Assembly (NCBI RefSeq): GCF_044704955.1
Contig: NC_091977.1
Span: 1,550,001-1,614,000 of the forward strand
From: Pristiophorus japonicus
Lineage: Eukaryota
Reading direction: 5' to 3'
DNA length: 64,000 nt
Under the pieces are notes generated by a model. That model did not search any database. It was not told the origin of the DNA and saw nothing but the letters and a program-made list of their open reading frames with translations. Of the stretch, positions 1 to 12,689 are shown piece by piece. Both the position numbers and the translations under genes were made by a program. Each line of letters begins with the position of its first letter. Positions within the stretch are counted from its first letter, which is position 1.

Positions 1-243
1 GCTGAGATTGCCTGACAACAGTCTGAGGATCCAATGACCACAAGCTGAGATTACCTGACAACAGTCTGAGGATCCAATGACCACAAGCTGAGATTGCCTG
101 ACAACAGTCTGAGGATCCAATGACCACAAGCTGAGATTGCCTGACAACAGTCTGAGGATCCAATGACCACAAGCTGAGATTGCCTGACAACAGTCTGAGG
201 ATCCAATGACCACAAGCTGAGATTGCCTGACAACAGTCTGAGC
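1..243. repeat. Minisatellite, 43-bp unit, about 5.6 copies, running off the window start
   Basis: The unit gctgagattgcctgacaacagtctgaggatccaatgaccacaa repeats nearly perfectly; ORF 51..257 is its translation. Confidence 0.95.
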
Positions 244-1110
244 TTCCTCTGCAACACTCAGACTTTGGGTGGGTGCTGCTTGTGTTGCAATGGATGCTGG
301 GACATTGGCCATCAGACGCTGCGTCCTGGTTGGTTCCACAGGTGTGCTGCTGGAGGTAGCCACCCGTTCCATGTTGGAAATGATGGGCTCCAAGCTCTGC
401 ACAAAGCCCTGTGCCAAGTTAGTGCCTGAGTTGTCCATGCTCCTTAACATTGAAGATAGGCTTCTGGCAGGCTTTCCGGTGTGTCCACCCAGCAGCCTCT
501 GGTGTAGCCTGGCCCATCGAAGTCATTAGCTGAGTCCTCTGTATCAGAACTAGTGCGTGACCTCAACCTGCGGCGAGCTGCTACCTGAGCTGTCATTTCC
601 CCCTGCCCTGGCTGCAGCGCACTTGTGCCCAGTGTCTCACCGTGTGCAGATCCCACCTCTTTCCTCTCGCAATTACACACAATGTCAGTATGTGAGCTGG
701 TGGCTGCGACTGTGAAACCCAGTGACGGTGTGTCTTCCTGCTCTGCCTCCACTGTCTGGGCAGCTTGTAGTTCCTGGCTATTTCAAATGAAAAGTGACAC
801 GTGAAGGGTTGTGGTGAGGGGCGAAGAGAAAGTAAGAAGTGCTTGTTTACACCATCTGCAGCTCATCAGTCAGAAGAGATTGTGGGATGGGACAGAGGTG
901 GGATGAGAGAAGGAGGATTAGGAATGTGGATGCCCTTATCTTCAATGGTCTCAGCCCCGCTGGTGGCCACGGCCTCAACAATGGCCCTTCCCAAAATGGC
1001 CAGCATCGTATCTCCATAGAGGTTCCAACATGCAGGCACGCCTCACTCTCTCCGGTTAGTCCCTGCTTCATCCGGTTCTGCATTACCTTCTCCACCGAGA
1101 AAGATGGAAG
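244..1110 (-). mobile_element. Degenerate PIF/Harbinger-type Myb/SANT accessory gene fragment (3' exons)
   Basis: The minus strand gives EKVMQNRMKQGLTGE...MLAILGRAIVEAVATSGAETIEDKG. This resembles the RKLAHNKRERTRTGG...LTPLEERLTALMG segment of the element at 3956-4117. It is frameshifted. Confidence 0.5.
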
Positions 1111-2699
1111 TGTGTCAGTGAGTATTGTGCAATCTGTCTGGGTGATGTGACTGACATGGTTGAATAGCTGCCTGTGTGTGCAAGCTGTGAGATGTAGGTT
1201 GGAGGCTTGCAAAAGTGCTAAGTGTGTGAGGGTGAGGTGAAACACATGAATGTTTGGGTTGAGTCCTGATTGATAGAGATGAGAACGCTCTATCACGTTC
1301 TCAGGGGTTATTCAATTTAACCCCTACTGCCTTTCAAGAATTCTGTTTGGAAATATTTAAACGGAAGGATTACTTCCCATTTACAGTTACCTGGGCCTTG
1401 ACAGTTCAGTGAAGGATGTAAATGTGGTTAATGCGAAACAGTGACACTAAGATAACTATCTACTGCTTTGGGTCTCTCACATGACCAAAGTCAGGACCAA
1501 TTAAACAAGCCCACCACCATTTCATTATTGTCCGACATTTCAAAGATTCATAAGAAAACATTTTAGCTCGTGTTTCGGAGTTGGTATTCTACGTTTTATT
1601 TGTAACACTAAATATAAAAATGATTAGTTTCACCTAACTTTCAGACACAAGACTCTGTATATAAGGTGTCAGCCGTGGCTCAGTGGAACACTCTCACAGA
1701 TACGTTTGTGCATCTTTAAGGGAAAATTGGATAAATATTTGAAGCGGGGTAAGATTTAGGGCTGTGAGAGTGAGTGGGGCAGTGGGATTAGTTTTTGGAT
1801 TGTTCGAGCAAAGTGCTGGCACAGACACAACGGGACAACTTCCTCTGATGTAATCTTCAATGTCTCTATAGAAAGGAGTGACACCATTGAAGAATATAGT
1901 GAGCAATTATCTTTGTATCCATCAGAGAGAACCGAATCCTGGAGCGAATCAGTTACTTGTATAGATTCTGCCTGAGATGTAGAGAACAAGAAATGCTGCT
2001 GAGAGAATAAGCACAAAGTGGGAGATCTTGTACAAGGAATGGTGTCTCTTCAGCTTCACTCCAACCCAGTTCCACACACGCACACACGTGTATGTGCATG
2101 CACACACGCATTAGAGAGAAAGAACTGGTACTTATATACTGTGCTTGAAATCAAGACAGCATTTAACCAAGTGAGGCAGTAAGGAGCCCCTGTAAAACTG
2201 GTATCAGTGGGAATGAGCGACGACGATGGTTGTGACAATTTCAAGCCAATCATCTCAACCCTATGACATCGCTGCCCACCATATTGGAAGATTAGGGATC
2301 CAGCTTGTGCCCAAAAAATGGGCGCTGCCCCATTGAGTTTCTTGGCCTATGAGTCTCAGCCTCAAGATAGCTTGCAACTCCAGGCTGCTGATTTGATACA
2401 ATCTCATTTACAAAGAGTTTCATTGGTCACTGCAGAGAGCACCAATCTGAGGGAAGGCTGTCAAATAGATCACACAACTGAGGTGCAAAATGGAGCGGTG
2501 GTCAGGTGTGATGGAACTAAGTTAACTCTGATTTGGCTCAGTGTTAGTGATAGTCACACCAAGACTTTCCTTTTGCTAACTAGTTCTTTTAACCCCAATC
2601 TCGACCAGTAGTTTATGTTTTTACATCAGTTTGTGAGATGGTATCCTGTAATACCTTTTTGCCGGGGTGCATAACGGCCTGGTAAAGGTCTTTCAAATA

Positions 2700-2925
2700 T
2701 ATTTCATTAATAATTCTTCTCGGGATATGGGCGTCGCTGGTAAGGCTGGCATTTTTGCCCATCTCTAGTTGCCCTTGAGAAGCTGGTGATGGGCCGCCTT
2801 CTTGAACCGCTGCAGTCCGTGTGGCAAAGATATTCCTACAATGCCCTTAGGGAGGGAGTTCAAGAATATCGACAGGGTGACATGTGACTTGGAGGGGAAC
2901 TTGGAGGCGATGGTGTTCCCATGCG
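2700..2925 (-). mobile_element. 3' tail fragment of a CR1/L2-group LINE (same family as 6100-8070)
   Basis: Matches the reverse complement of 7800-8060 (cttcttgaaccgctgcagtccgtgtgg...). Confidence 0.8.
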
Positions 2926-3096
2926 TGAGGAAATCATTTGGTAAGCTGTTTTATCTGTTTTATTTTTCTTCACAGTCCGAAGTGTTAAACATATTGAAGA
3001 AATGTGCCTCAGTTTTACGTCTGGTGGTTTTCTGGTACAATATATATCTGTATCTATGTGTGTATTTCTTACAGGGAAAGAGAGTGAATCTGTGAA

Positions 3097-3184
3097 ATGA
3101 GTCAACGATTTGTCTGCAGCAAAATGTCAGCTGGTTTGATGTTCAGTTTCTGTGTGTTTCTCCTTCCGTCTGTTCTCACACACA
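3097..3184 (+). CDS. IgSF receptor exon 1: signal peptide MSQRFVCSKMSAGLMFSFCVFLLPSVLTH
   Basis: Acceptor tttcttacag ends at 3074, ATG is at 3097, and there is a hydrophobic core. A consensus phase-1 donor A|gtaagt is compatible with the D1 exon. Confidence 0.65.
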
Positions 3185-4544
3185 GTAAGTGTCTTATTTC
3201 CACCAATCACAGTTTTACTGTATCACTGTTTAATGAATTCATTCAGCGGGTATTCAGGAAGTACGTAAGGTCTTTCGCCTCAAATTTCCCCAATGCCGTT
3301 TTTTAGCGTATTGCCAGAGTTACGCCTCAACTCCAAAAAAATAAGCAGCAAGTTTCCCCGTTCTATTGTTTGAAATTGGGGCCACGCAGCCTGCCCTGTA
3401 TCTTCAGGGGGTGGAGCCTAATGTCTGCACCGAAAAAACAATGCCCCCCTTCTGCGCATGCGTGAAAAAAATGAACGTTTTTGACGTGATTGCTATGGGC
3501 GCGCATGTACAGGACAGCTCTCGGTCTGCTTTCGGCCATTTGTAAAGGACCAGTTGGGTGTGAGAACTTTAATTCTCATTGGAAAAATCCGAGCTGCAAT
3601 ACAAGATGCAACGCGGCACAAGGACCTAGAATTCCTTACAGGGTGAAGTGGACGCACTAGTTACTGTGATTGAGGCCAGATGGCACGAGCTGGACACCAG
3701 CAGAGGTCACATATAAGTTTCACCAAAAGAAATGAAGAAACGCTGGAACCAACTTGCAGAAGATTACGGTGCAATGCTGACCACCCCGAGGTCTGGAGGT
3801 CGGTGCAGAGAGAAGTGGCAGGACCTTGGTCAAGTAGTCAGTGTAAGGAATATTTTCATTTATTCAATGGAATTTCACTTGTAAATGTGACCAGCTGCAT
3901 GTCCCACCCAGCAGAAAGACACCCTCCCTCAAAAGTTATGTTTTCATCTTTGCAGAGGAAGCTGGCACACAACAAAAGGGAAAGAACTCGAACAGGAGGA
4001 GCCTGGTAAACCTGCACCCACTGACACCCTTGGAAGAGAGGCTCACTGCTTTGATGGGTCCTGCCTGGAGAAAAGCAATCACCACGACACAAGCTGAGCC
4101 CACACTCGAGGGAGAGGGTAAGTCCTGCAAATTCCACAGTCTGCCTTTGCTAAATGTTAAGTACCGCGCGGGCTAGCCACACTTCGGTTCATGGGGATGT
4201 CTCCATCAGCTACACTTCAGTTAATGCAATGTGCTATCATTCATCGTGGTCCTTCAAATCAGCCTGCTGCCTGCACTGTGTGAGCCTACTCCTACCACCC
4301 ACCCTGGCCCCTCCTCTGCTGCTAACCATTTGTGTGTTCTGTTATATTTTGCAGAACTTGAGGCCAACCCTGACGATGCAGAAGATTGAGACGCAGACGA
4401 GACAATCCCACCTTCCAGACCAAGAGCATGAGGGTGAGGGGGAGGGGTTGTACTCACTCTGGAGGAGGTGCAGGTGTCCCCCATTGAGGTGCCAACCCTT
4501 TTCCTGAGTGGTACGAGTGTTGCTGGGACATTCCATGGGTTCCC

Positions 4545-5025
4545 ACAGTCCGAGGCTGCGGGTCCCAGTGGGATGCAGTTAGCCACACCCAGGGCCCCAC
4601 TGTCCGAGGCTGTGGGTCCCAGTGGGATGTAGTGAGCCACACCCAGGGCCCCACTGTCCGAGGCTGCGGGTCCCAGTGGGATGCAGTGAGCCACACCCAG
4701 GGCCCCACTGTCCGAGGCTGTGGGTCCCAGTGGGATGTAGTGAGCCACACCCAGGGCCCCACTGTCCGAGGCTGTGGGTCCCAGTGGGATGTAGTGAGCC
4801 ACACCCAGGGCCCCACTGTCCGAGGCTGCGGGTCCCAGTGGGATGTAGTGAGCCACACCCAGGGCCCCACTGTCCGAGGCTGCGGGTCCCAGTGGGATGT
4901 AGTGAGCCACACCCAGGGCCCCACTGTCCGAGGCTGTGGGTCCCAGTGGGATGTAGTGAGCCACACCCAGGGCCCCACTGTCCGAGGCTGTGGGTCCCAG
5001 TGGGATGTAGTGAGCCACACCCAGG
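4545..5025. repeat. Minisatellite, 54-bp unit, about 9 copies, inside the Myb/SANT pseudogene
   Basis: The ORF track shows 18-aa periodicity in several frames (GPTVRGCGSQWDVVSHTQ). Confidence 0.95.
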
Positions 5026-5224
5026 GTGAGGAGGGGAAGGAGAGCTCGACAGCGCTCTCCTCAGGTGCAGGATCTAACAGATGTGGTTCAGATGATGGCA
5101 ATGAGTGCGGAGAGCATTGACCTTACACGATCACTCCTGGACACCAATAGTGGGGTGGGTGATGAGGTATCAGGACTGTCGGGAGAAGTAACAACACTCT
5201 CAGTGGAAATGGAAACACTGCGGG

Positions 5225-5915
5225 AACATGAGCGAGGGAGTTTCGCAGGTGGCTGATACATTGTCGGTGAACATGAGGGAGGGAATATCACAGGTAGTTG
5301 ACACACTGTTAGTGAACATGAGGGAGGGAATGTCACAGGTAGGTGACACACTCTTAGTGAACATGAGGGAGGGAATGTCACAGGTAGGTGACACACTGTT
5401 AGTGAACATGAGGGAGGAATGTCACAGGTAGGTGACACACTGTTAGTGAACATGAGGGAGGGAATGTCACAGGTAGGTGACACACTGTTAGTGAACATGA
5501 GGGAGGGAATGTCACAGGTAGGTGACACACTATTAGTGAACATGAGGGAGGGAATGTCACAGGTAGGTGACACACTGTTAGTGAACATGAGGGAGGCAAT
5601 GTCACAGGTAGGTGACACACTGTTAGTGAACATGAGGGAGGGAATGTTGCAGGTAGTTGACACACTGTTAGTGAACATGAGGGAGGCAATGTTGCAGGTA
5701 GGTGACACACTGTTAGTGAACATGAGGGAGGCAATGTCACAGGTAGGTGACACACTGTTAGTGAACATGAGGGAGGGAATGTTGCAGGTAGTTGACACAC
5801 TGTTAGTGAACATGAGGGAGGCAATGTTGCAGGTAGGTGACACACTGTTAGTGAACATGAGGGAGGCAATGTCACAGGTAGGTGACACACTGTTAGTGAA
5901 CATGAGGGAGGCAGT
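5225..5915. repeat. Minisatellite, 45-bp unit, about 15 copies
   Basis: Unit gacacactgttagtgaacatgagggagggaatgtcacaggtaggt, translating as DTLLVNMREGMSQVG. Confidence 0.95.
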
Positions 5916-6099
5916 AAGTTTCTGGGGCCGGGACTTTGAGCGCCCGGAATTGCCCCACTCAGGAAGTGGAACACAATCTCACGCGCTGCACTTCCTTTGG
6001 GGGTGGGACCCGGAGCACTATTGGGGAACTGAAGAAGCTCTATGTGGATGCTCCACACAGTGCTGACACACTTCAACGCCTCTCCCCTTGCTCTCTGCA

Positions 6100-8070
6100 A
6101 GGCCTCAGATGTGGTTGACCCTTAACTGCCCTCTGCAATCACATAGCAAGCCACTCAGTTGTAACAAACCGCTACGAAAAACAATAATAAGAATAAAACC
6201 GGACGGACCATCCGACATCGACCTTGACACTGGCTTCGGGCACGATAACGGCCCACCCAGCCCAGCCCACCCGGCAAAGTCCTCCTCACCAATGTCTGGG
6301 GACTTGTGGTAAAATTGTGAGAGCTGTCCCACTGACCAGTCAAGCAACAGCCTCACACAATCATACCTTTCAACCAATGTCCCAGACTCCTCCATCACCA
6401 TCCCAGCGGCAGGACAGACCCACCCGAGGTGCTGGCTCAGTGGTATACAGTGCGGAGGGAGTGGCCCTGGGAGTCCTCAACATTGACTCCGGACCCCATG
6501 AGGTCTCATGGCTTCAGGTCAAACATGGACACAGAAACCTCCTGCTGATTCCCACCTACCGCCCTCCCTCAGCTGATGAATCAGTTCTCCTCCATGTTCA
6601 ACACCACTTGGTAGAAGCACTGAGGGTAGCAAGGGCACAGAATGTACTCTGGGTGGGGGACTTCAATGTCCATCACCAGGAGCGGCTCGGTAGCACCACT
6701 ACTGACCGAACTGGCCGAGTCCTGAAGGACATAGCTCCCAGACTGGGCCTGCGGCAGGTGGTGAGAGAACCAACACGAGAGAGCAACCTACTTGACCTCA
6801 TCCTCACCAATCTACCTGTCACAGATGCATCTGTCCATGACAGCATTGGTAGCAGTAACCACCACACAGTCATTGTGGAGACAAAGTCCCATCTTCACAC
6901 TGAGGACACCCTCCATCGTGTTGTGTGGAACTACCACCGTACTCAACGGGATAGATTCAGAACAGATCTAGAAGATCAAATCTGGTCATCCCTGAGGGGC
7001 TGTGGGCCATCAGCAGCAGCAGAATTGTATTCCACCACAATCTGTAACCTCATGGCCCGACATATCCCTCACTTTACCATTACCATCGAGCCAGGAGACC
7101 AACCCTGGTTCAATGAGGAGTGGAGAAACAGCATGCCAGGAGCAGCACCAGGCGTACTTGAAAATGAGGTGCCAACCTGGAGAATCTGCAACACAAGACT
7201 ACATACATGCTACACAGCAGAAACAGCATGCTATAGACAGAGCTAAGTGATCCCACAATCAACGGATCAGATCAAAGCTCTGCAGTTCTGCCACATCCAG
7301 TCATGAATGTAACAACTGGAGGAGGAGTCTCCATGAATATCCCCATCCTCAACGATGGCGGAACCCAGCACGTGAGTGGAAAAGACAAGGCTGAAGCGTT
7401 TACAACCATCTTCAGCCAGAAGTGCCGAGTGGATGATCCATATTGGCCTCCACCTGAGGTCCCAACAATTACAGAAGCCAGACTTCAGCCAAGTCGATTC
7501 ACTCCACGTGATACCAAGAAAGGGCTGTGCGCACTGGATACAGCAAAGGCTATAGGTCCCGACAGCATCCTGACTGTTGTGCTGAAGACTTGTGCTCCAG
7601 AACTAGCCGCGTCTGTAGCCAAGCTGTTCCAGTACAGCTACCACACTGGCATCGACCTGACAATGTGGGAAACTGCCCAGGTAAGTCCTGTCCACAAATG
7701 GAGGACAAATCCAATCTGGCCAATTACAGCCCGATCAGACTACTCTCAAGGCTTCTTCGGCAGCAACTCGCAAACCCGCGACCTCTACCACCTCGATAGA
7801 CAAGTGCAGGAGGCACATGGGAACACCACCACCTCCACGTTCCCCTCCGAGTCACACACCATCCTGACTTGAAATATATCGGCCGTTCATTCATCGTCGC
7901 TGGATCACAATCCTGGAACTCCCTCCCGAACAGCACTGTGGGAGCACCTTCACCACACGGACTGCAGCGGTTCAAGAAGGCGGCTCACCACCACCTTCTC
8001 AAGGGGCAGTTAGTGATGGACAATAAATGTCGGGCTTGGCAGTGACGATCACATCCCATGAATACATTTT
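6100..8070 (+). mobile_element. CR1/L2-group (Jockey superclade) LINE with AP endonuclease and an internally deleted RT
   Basis: APE motifs YRPP, WVGDFNVHH and LDLILTN. Pre-RT motifs KAIGPDSI and NYSPIRLLS jump directly to the 3' end near 7747. A 3' tail with aataaa follows. Confidence 0.85.
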
Positions 8071-8364
8071 TTTAAAGATATTTGGAGCCTTTATATCCTG
8101 TAACCTGGAATGAACTATTTCCTCTCTTTTTATGTTGATAATTGTCGTAATGCTGTATGTTTTATCACTCTAGTAATGGATACACTGAATGTATAATGGA
8201 ATTGTTCTGTTTTTCTCTGTAATAGTGACTGCAGTGAAGGTAACATGATCAGTTAAATATACAAATATGACTGTAAATAAATGAACTAATAAATAATTAC
8301 TAACATTGGATTAAGGAATTGTGATTTGATATCAAAGTGCTGACATTGTTTCTCTTTCCAACAG

Positions 8365-8706
8365 GAAACACCAATCATATTTATTTTTTAGATGAGAGAG
8401 CTGACATTCGATTAAAAGGACCAGACAATCCTGGGGATGGCCCTGTTGTCTGGGAATGGAAAGCACACTCAGGGCAAGTAATGCAGCAGCTGCTAACTTT
8501 TCACAAGAGGAGTTCGGGCCGGTGGGACGCACAATGGAATGATCAGACTGGAGATCAGGACTTGTACAGGAAAGTACGGCAGGATTCTGGTACCATCAAT
8601 CTGATAATTTACAATCCCACATTTAAACTTGCGGGATCATTCATCTTAACTCAAACACAGCCGAGTAATAAAACCCTGAAACTGTACGAACTATTTGGGA
8701 TCAAAG
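8365..8706 (+). CDS. IgSF receptor exon 2: D1, cysteine-free V-type Ig domain
   Basis: Splice sites tttccaacag|...aaag|gtgagt, phase 1-1, 342 nt open. Contains C-strand VVWEW and E-strand NLIIYNP. LKGP and AGSFILT sit where the B- and F-strand Cys motifs are expected. Confidence 0.85.
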
Positions 8707-8980
8707 GTGAGTGAGACAAAGAGCAGAAAAGGGTCAACAAAACGATTCTCGGTAAATAATTTCACATGTAATGATGAGAGATTGCCAGGACCACGTGAGA
8801 TTGATATCGCCCAGTGCAGAGAGCAGCTCTCATTAAACAGGGGAAAGATTTTGTTCGTTGTTTCTCTTGAAATAGTCAACATGAGTAAAAATGTGTTGAT
8901 AATTTCACCAGAAATAGCAAACCGAGGAATCTAGCCCACAGAGAGTATTATGGTCTGTACACTGACGCACTCTCTGTAAG

Positions 8981-9436
8981 ATAGAAACATAGAAACATGG
9001 AAAATAGGTGCAGGAATAGGCCATTTGACCCTTCGAGCCTGCACCACTATTCAAGATCATGGCTGATCATTCACCTCAGTACCCCTTTCCTGATTTCTCT
9101 CCATATGCCTTGATCCCTTTAGCCGTAAGCGTCATATCTAACTCCCTCTTGAATATATCCAATGAACTGGTATCAACAACTCTCTGCGGCAGGGAATTCC
9201 ACTCACCTAACCTGTCCAAGTCACCCTGCAGCCTCGTAGCGTCCTCCCAGCTACCCAGCTTAGTGTCATCTGCAAACTTGGAGATATTACACTCAATTCT
9301 TTCATCCAATTCATTGATGTATATTGTAAAGAGCTGGGGTCCCAGCACTGAGCCCTGCGGCACTCCACTAGTCACTGCCTGCCATTCTGAAAAAGACCTG
9401 TTTATCCTGACTCTCTGCTTCCTGTCCGCCAACCAA
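8981..9436 (-). mobile_element. CR1 LINE 3' fragment with internal deletions
   Basis: Motifs [10 protein letters not shown] and FADD, plus an (agaaacat)n tail. Confidence 0.9.
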
Positions 9437-9889
9437 TAGGTCACTGTAGTAATAGGCCTCAGCACTGTGGGACAGGTATACGATGGGCCAGTATCACTGC
9501 TCCTGATTGGTGCCCACTGAACCTGTTAGATGTGGCACTTGGTTCAGGTCCCAGAGGATGTGGGGTGTCTGTGGAACTTGTGCTCTGCCAAAGAGTTAAC
9601 GCCTTCAGGAAAGCGGGAAGGAACATGACAGAGAAAAATAGGTATATTGTGTCAATTCAATCATATTTAAAATCTTTAGTGTAAATAAATCAAAATCTTT
9701 AAATGGTGCCAACAAAAGATGTTGCTGAACAGCTTCACATCCTGGTTGATTGATGGGTGGAACATCTAAATGAGGCGAAGGTCACCGTCAAATGAACTTG
9801 ACACAAAATATCATCCTATCCTGAAATATCATCATGGACAAAATATGATCGTGACGGTACTGTCCCTGGACCATTACATAGGAATACAT

Positions 9890-10585
9890 CGGATATCATC
9901 ATCAGAGGCGGTCCTCGAAACGCCAAAAAAAGGACGAGTTCACAAGTGTTTCAATGAAGGACCTAATATTCCCGATCCCGAACTCCATGTTGAAGGGTGG
10001 AAGATGTCTCTGCGTGGATTTTTTAACGTGGGGGGACCGTTGCACACCAGCCACCACACGGACTTGACAGAGCTAGGTCTTGGTCCAGTGGCAAGGATTA
10101 CCCAAGACAACTGGAGACCTGCTCTGCTGCACGGGCCTAGTGCGCACACATATCGCAGTGTGGGCTGGACCATGCTGCCCCTGGGCCCCTGGCCCTGAAC
10201 TCATGCCTCCCCTGGGCCCCGATCACCTCCCTCCACAGTCTCTCACAGCTCCTTCACCCCGACCTCGCTGCTCCTGCTGTATCTGCCCACGCTCCAATCA
10301 CTGACCTGGACCTTGATGACTTCACTCTTGGTTGCCGTCGCCCTCCTGCATCAGCTCGCGCAGTACCTTGCCGTGGTATGCAGCCACGCTGCCCATGGCC
10401 ATCGCTCACTGCTCCTTTTATGGCCCGACCTGCCGCTGATGTTCCCTCGCAGGTCGGGGTCTCCACACTGTCCATGGCCATCGCTCACTGCTACTTTTAT
10501 GGCCCGACCTGCCGCTGATGTTCCCTCGCAGGTCGGGGTCTCCACGCTGCCCATGGCCATCGCTCACTGCTCCTTTTATGGCCCC
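9890..10585 (-). mobile_element. Probable RTE-related non-autonomous retroelement with an internal ~85-bp duplication
   Basis: A (cat)n microsatellite end at ~9895. A similar tiny tail gggactgcctatgatgatg lies at ~24985. The duplication spans 10385-10580. Confidence 0.5.
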
Positions 10586-10719
10586 GAGGGGTCACTAAGG
10601 GGTTTCGGAAACATAGAATGAGCCATTGATCTCCAACCACTAAATTGATTGTTAATATCAAACATCCATCTGCCGCCTGTGGTTGTATGGTGGCTATATA
10701 TCAGTTACAGATAGAGTAT

Positions 10720-11150
10720 CCCTTCCACTTCTGCAACACCGCCCGACTCTTCCCATACTCCAGCCTATCTGCCGCTAAAACTCTCATTCATGTATTTGTC
10801 ACCTCCAGACTTGACTATTGCAATGTTTTCCTGGCCGGCATCACACCCTCTACCCTCTGTAAACTTCAGCTTGTTCAAAACTCTGATGTCCAAATTCTAT
10901 CCAACACCAAGTTCCACTCATCCATCACCCTTGTTCTTGAGGACCTACATTGGTTCTGGATCCCACAATTAATCTAATTGAAGATTATCATCCCTGTGTT
11001 TAAATCCTTTCATGGCTTCACCCTTAGGTCACTGTAACCTCCCCTAACCATGCAACCCATCCCTTCCATGCCCCATAACTGCATTCCTCTAACTCTCGCC
11101 TCTTGTAAATCCCCTCCTTCATCTCACCATTGGTGACCACGCCTTCAGCT
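10720..11150 (+). mobile_element. L2 LINE 3' fragment
   Basis: LIHVFVTSRLDYCN...LQLVQN...LHW is the L2 ORF2 C-terminal signature. Confidence 0.85.
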
Positions 11151-11154
11151 ATCG

Positions 11155-11550
11155 GATATACAGAACATAAACAGGCCATTCGGCCCAACCAGTCCAGTTT
11201 ATGCTCCACTGGATCCTCCTCCTGTCTTACCTCATCTAAATCTATCAGCATAACCCTCCATTCCCTTCTCCCTCATAAGCTTATCCAGCCTCCCCTTAAA
11301 TGCATCGATACTATTCACTTCAACCCCTCCCTGTGGTAGTGAGTTCCACATTCTCACCACTCTCTGGGTAAAGAAGTTTCTTCTGAATTCCCCATTGGAT
11401 TTCTTGGGTGACTATCTTATATTGGTGGCCGCTAGTTCTGCTCTTCCCCACAAGTGGAAACTCTCTCTCTGTATCTACTCGATCAACACCCTTCATCATT
11501 TTAAAGACCATTATCAGGTCACCCCTCAGCCTACTCTATTCAATAGACAA
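11155..11550 (-). mobile_element. CR1 LINE 3' fragment
   Basis: VFKMMKGVDRVD...FPLVGKSRT.GH followed by a CR1 3' UTR. Confidence 0.8.
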
Positions 11551-12419
11551 GAGAAAAGAAAATTGTTCCTGAGGTGTTGGCCCAAACTGCACCAGCACGA
11601 GTTGACCATGATAGAAAGTCCACCCATTTACACGTGTTAGTGGCACTCATGGTACATCGTGCGTGGTACATGGGGAATGCCACATGGGTCGGGCACCAGT
11701 GTGTTGGGTGCCAGCACCTAATGGATGCCACCATTGTATTGGCCTGGCATTGGAAATAAAGTCCCTGTTGAAGATTTGATTTTTACTTGTTATGTTGTCG
11801 GTGGGACTGAACGTGAGGGTGAACATTTTTAGAACAAGTGTCTTCTGAAGTTCCATTCCTCGTGGAGGCTCAATGATTGGAGCTCTGCTCAGGAGCATTC
11901 TGGGAGCACACTCATTTAAATAATGTCTGGGACTGTAATGACCTTTGAGGTGGGTTTTGTGAACAGGCTCCCAGTGCATGTGTTGGCTGGTCTTACTGCA
12001 GTGTGCTCGGCCCATAGAGAACTGAGTAGGACTGGAGCCCTCTCCATGTCTGATAATATGGTGCTACATTTCCAGCACACCCTCCTCTGGTGAGTTTCTT
12101 CACCTGTCCATTGTGGTGTCACCATCCCCAAATACCATCCATACTGTGTAACCTTGACCGGACCCCGGATACTCCAGCAGGGTCAGGGGTAAAGTTCACC
12201 GACCCCACTCTGCCTCACTTACATTGGTGGAGCAGGACCGAGAGATTTCGGGCCCAATATTTTACTGATTAAAATGCACTGTGTGTAACCTGGCCTGACT
12301 CTTTAATGCAGCAAGTTACAAGTATTGATAATGGGCACATTCTACTGTCAGTTAGAACCTAATCATTGGATTGTACATGTCACGACGTACACTAAAACTT
12401 ATTGATCTGTTTTTCACAG

Positions 12420-12689
12420 TTGAGAGAAGTCCACAGAGAGCTGTGGTGGGCAGTGACGTTACACTCAGCTGTACCATCTCCAAACTCTCAGATACAGTCA
12501 GTCTTCAATGGAAACACAGAAACTCATCTCAGCAGGACAGGAGGAACACTGATCAGATCCGACTAAATAACACAGTCTATCTGATAGTCAGACACGTTGC
12601 AATAGAGGATCAGGAGTTGTACACGTGTGAAGTGCAGGAAAATGGATCCAGTATTCTCACAGGAAAAGCACATTTCTCTGTGTACCCCG
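12420..12689 (+). CDS. IgSF receptor exon 3: D2, C2-type Ig domain
   Basis: Splice sites ttttcacag|...cccg|gtaagt, phase 1-1, 270 nt. Reads GSDVTLSC...LQWK...YLIVRHV..EDQELYTCEV. Confidence 0.92.

Larger units (their letters stand above)
3240..5960 (+). mobile_element. PIF/Harbinger-derived element carrying a spliced Myb/SANT (trihelix) pseudogene
   Basis: 3606-3842 reads MQRGTRT*NSLQGEVDALVTVIEARWHEL...KKRWNQLAEDY...PRSGGRCREKWQDL, then a gtaag donor. Exon 2 (3956-4117) reads RKLAHNKRERTRTGG; exon 3 starts near 4355. Stops and frameshifts are present. Boundaries are approximate. Confidence 0.75.

Noticed and set aside
4254-6100. Long repetitive ORFs on both strands
   Set aside because: They are translations of the 54-bp and 45-bp minisatellites; being open in many frames is a repeat artefact.
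11570-12255. Unassigned old repeat-like block ending in a TIR-like gatttcgggccc
   Set aside because: Possibly a Harbinger fragment, but no recognisable protein motif or matching TIR could be confirmed.
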